A stretch of DNA of 63,781 bases, the filler included, from Squatina squatina (lineage: Eukaryota): NCBI GenBank assembly GCA_031763465.1. It is 4 parts of 4 records of this genome, joined end to end, with 100 filler letters (N's around TTAATTAATTAA, not from the genome) between each part and the next. Parts side by side here need not be neighbours in the genome. Positions count along the whole stretch, not along the records: positions 51,429 to 63,781 come from JARFOE010000192.1; 3 more parts are not named here. One strand, written 5' to 3'. Under the pieces are notes generated by a model. It was given only the letters and a program-made list of their open reading frames with translations, did no database searches and was not told the origin of the DNA. Below, one piece after another: positions 62,091 to 63,781 of the stretch (positions are counted from its first letter, which is position 1; each line of letters begins with the position of its first letter). The translations under genes were made by a program, and so were the position numbers.

Positions 62091-63228
62091 CCTTTCTCCA
62101 TTTTAAAGAAAATGCACATGATGTATTTTTGATTTTTTTTAGCTCAGAAGAGGCTACCCAGAGCTGCTGTAGATTTCAAAATCAGATGCATAATATAATT
62201 GCAATTACTTTCAAGCTCCTCATTTAACATCACATATTAATAGTAAACTGAAATCAAACAATATTGTATATCTATTACTTTGTATGTCATTGATGGAAAG
62301 GAAAATGCACAGTGGCCTGGATTTAACAGTCGACGACACCTACAGAGTACCCTGCTGGTATCCGAATAGAATGCAAACTTACCTGATGAGGACCCTCTTT
62401 CGTGAATTTGTTGGCAGACACTGCATATTCAAAGGCATCGTAATGGCCCACAGATACCAGGGGCGCAGCCTTTGCGGAAGCATATCTCGGATCACGTGGG
62501 TCTGGTGCTCCAATCATGAAACAGAATGTGCCTCATTCATTGAGAATCTCCGGAAAGGAAAACAAACAAATCCTCATTACTAGAGCCTTCCGGGATAAAC
62601 ATCTATACTTTCAGTTTGATATTTTTTAAACTTATGTTCCATATAGATGCCAAAAAAAATAATTTTATCACTGTAGTAGCCGCTTCCTCTGAACTTTTCA
62701 TGGACAAATAAACACTTTCCATGGACCAAATGCTTCCATTTCCAACCTCACAAGTTTTTTAAAATACTTGCATTTGTCAGGAGGTGTCCCCTTACGCTCT
62801 GGAAACAGGCCCCTATGCCTATTTGCACCAACCATAACATTTTTGTATGTAGCTGGTGGGAAGTTAGCCTAACTCTGCGCCAACAATTGGGTTTTCTGGT
62901 CAGTGTGGTATTGATGTGGCTGATCTGTCAAGTTGGATCTTTGACAGATCACAAGTTCAGGATTTTGCACATGCGGAAATCCCAAACTTGCTGTGCATTT
63001 CAAAGGCAGTATGCCACGATACCCACCACAAATTCTGGCCCAAAATCTTTTACCATCAAGGCTGCTCGTATATAATATTTTTAAATTCAAATAAATGCCA
63101 AGTGCCTGTTTCCGTGTCGTATTTCTATGTATTTTCAAACAGCCTTGTTTACTTTGGAAATTCCTGTTTAGCTATGCTTTCTTAGAAAAGTGACCATTTA
63201 TTGTCTTCAATCTCTTCAATACAAACAG

Positions 63229-63345
63229 ATTAAAGACATTCTGAAAGGATCTCTGCGGTTTAATCAGAGCCAGCTGGAAGCAGAGTCAGGACTTTGCAAG
63301 CGGGACTTGGTTGCACAGGGATTAAGGAGGAGCTCCGTAAATTAG
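63229..63345 (+). CDS. TBC1D5: TBC1D5 terminal exon, apparently truncated
   Basis: acaaacAG acceptor. IKDILKGSLRFNQSQLEAE (63229-63285) matches TBC1D5, then SGLCKRDLVAQGLRRSSVN* is unrelated. Confidence 0.8.
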   Translation: MKDILKGSLRFNQSQLEAESGLCKRDLVAQGLRRSSVN

Positions 63346-63704
63346 CGCTGGAAGGAAAGCTGAAATGTTGAATTACTTTTTTCACACTTTAATGCTTAAC
63401 TACATAGTAGATTAATGGGCTACTGAGCGTAAAGATAGAAATTTGTAAGTAAGAGGTGAGGCAAAACCCTAACTCAAAGTTTTAGGTAAGTAGTAAAAGT
63501 TAAATAAATCACAACAGACGTCAATAAAAGACAATACAGAGTAAATAAACTAAAGTGCGCAATACAAGCAACTAAAATAAATTACATTAAATTTATCTGC
63601 TAATCCTAATTTAGTATTAAATTTGAATCGGTTGGCACTGGAAACGGATAAATAAATAACAGCACAGTCAATAAATAAATATAGAGTCGATAACTGGCAA
63701 TTAG

Positions 63705-63781
63705 AACATAAGAGCATAAGAATTAGGAGCAGGAGTAGGCCATTCGGCCCCTCAAACCTGTTCCGCCAATCAGTGAGGTCA
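63705..63781 (-). mobile_element. CR1 3' end
   Basis: AGAACATAAGAGCATAAGAATTAGGAGCAGGAGTAGGCCATTCGGCCCCTC. Confidence 0.8.

Noticed and set aside
62382-62410. CTGATGAG as a hammerhead ribozyme core
   Set aside because: No stem II followed by GAAA; the motif is better explained as the reverse complement of an exon end.

Overview
Eukaryotic vertebrate DNA, almost certainly from a cartilaginous fish (shark-type Deu-domain SINEs, abundant CR1 LINEs, Penelope and Harbinger remnants). It comes from a highly fragmented draft with 100-N gaps every 1-4 kb. Three N-TTAATTAATTAA-N linkers show the window is four unrelated scaffolds joined end to end. (1) 1-12529 holds two exons of an RCAN2-like calcipressin (-) and one KRTCAP3/TMEM54-family exon (+). 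(2) 12630-27613 holds three UNC5D exons (-). (3) 27714-51328 holds three of the four coding exons of POLE3 (-) and the VWC exon of a CCN1/CYR61-like gene (+). (4) 51429-63781 holds four TBC1D5 exons (+) plus an unexpected SEC24A-like exon in the same contig and strand. The rest is intron or intergenic DNA packed with decayed CR1, L2, RTE, Penelope, DIRS, SINE, hAT and PIF/Harbinger elements. No prokaryotic features, CRISPR arrays or RNA genes were seen. The best leads are the SEC24A/TBC1D5 juxtaposition with a truncated TBC1D5 last exon, a SINE tail forming the UNC5D terminal splice acceptor, and possible retained ohnologs (CCN1-like, RCAN). Assembly artefact is a serious alternative for several of these. 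All homology calls rest on my recollection of human proteins and repeat consensuses, not on database searches.
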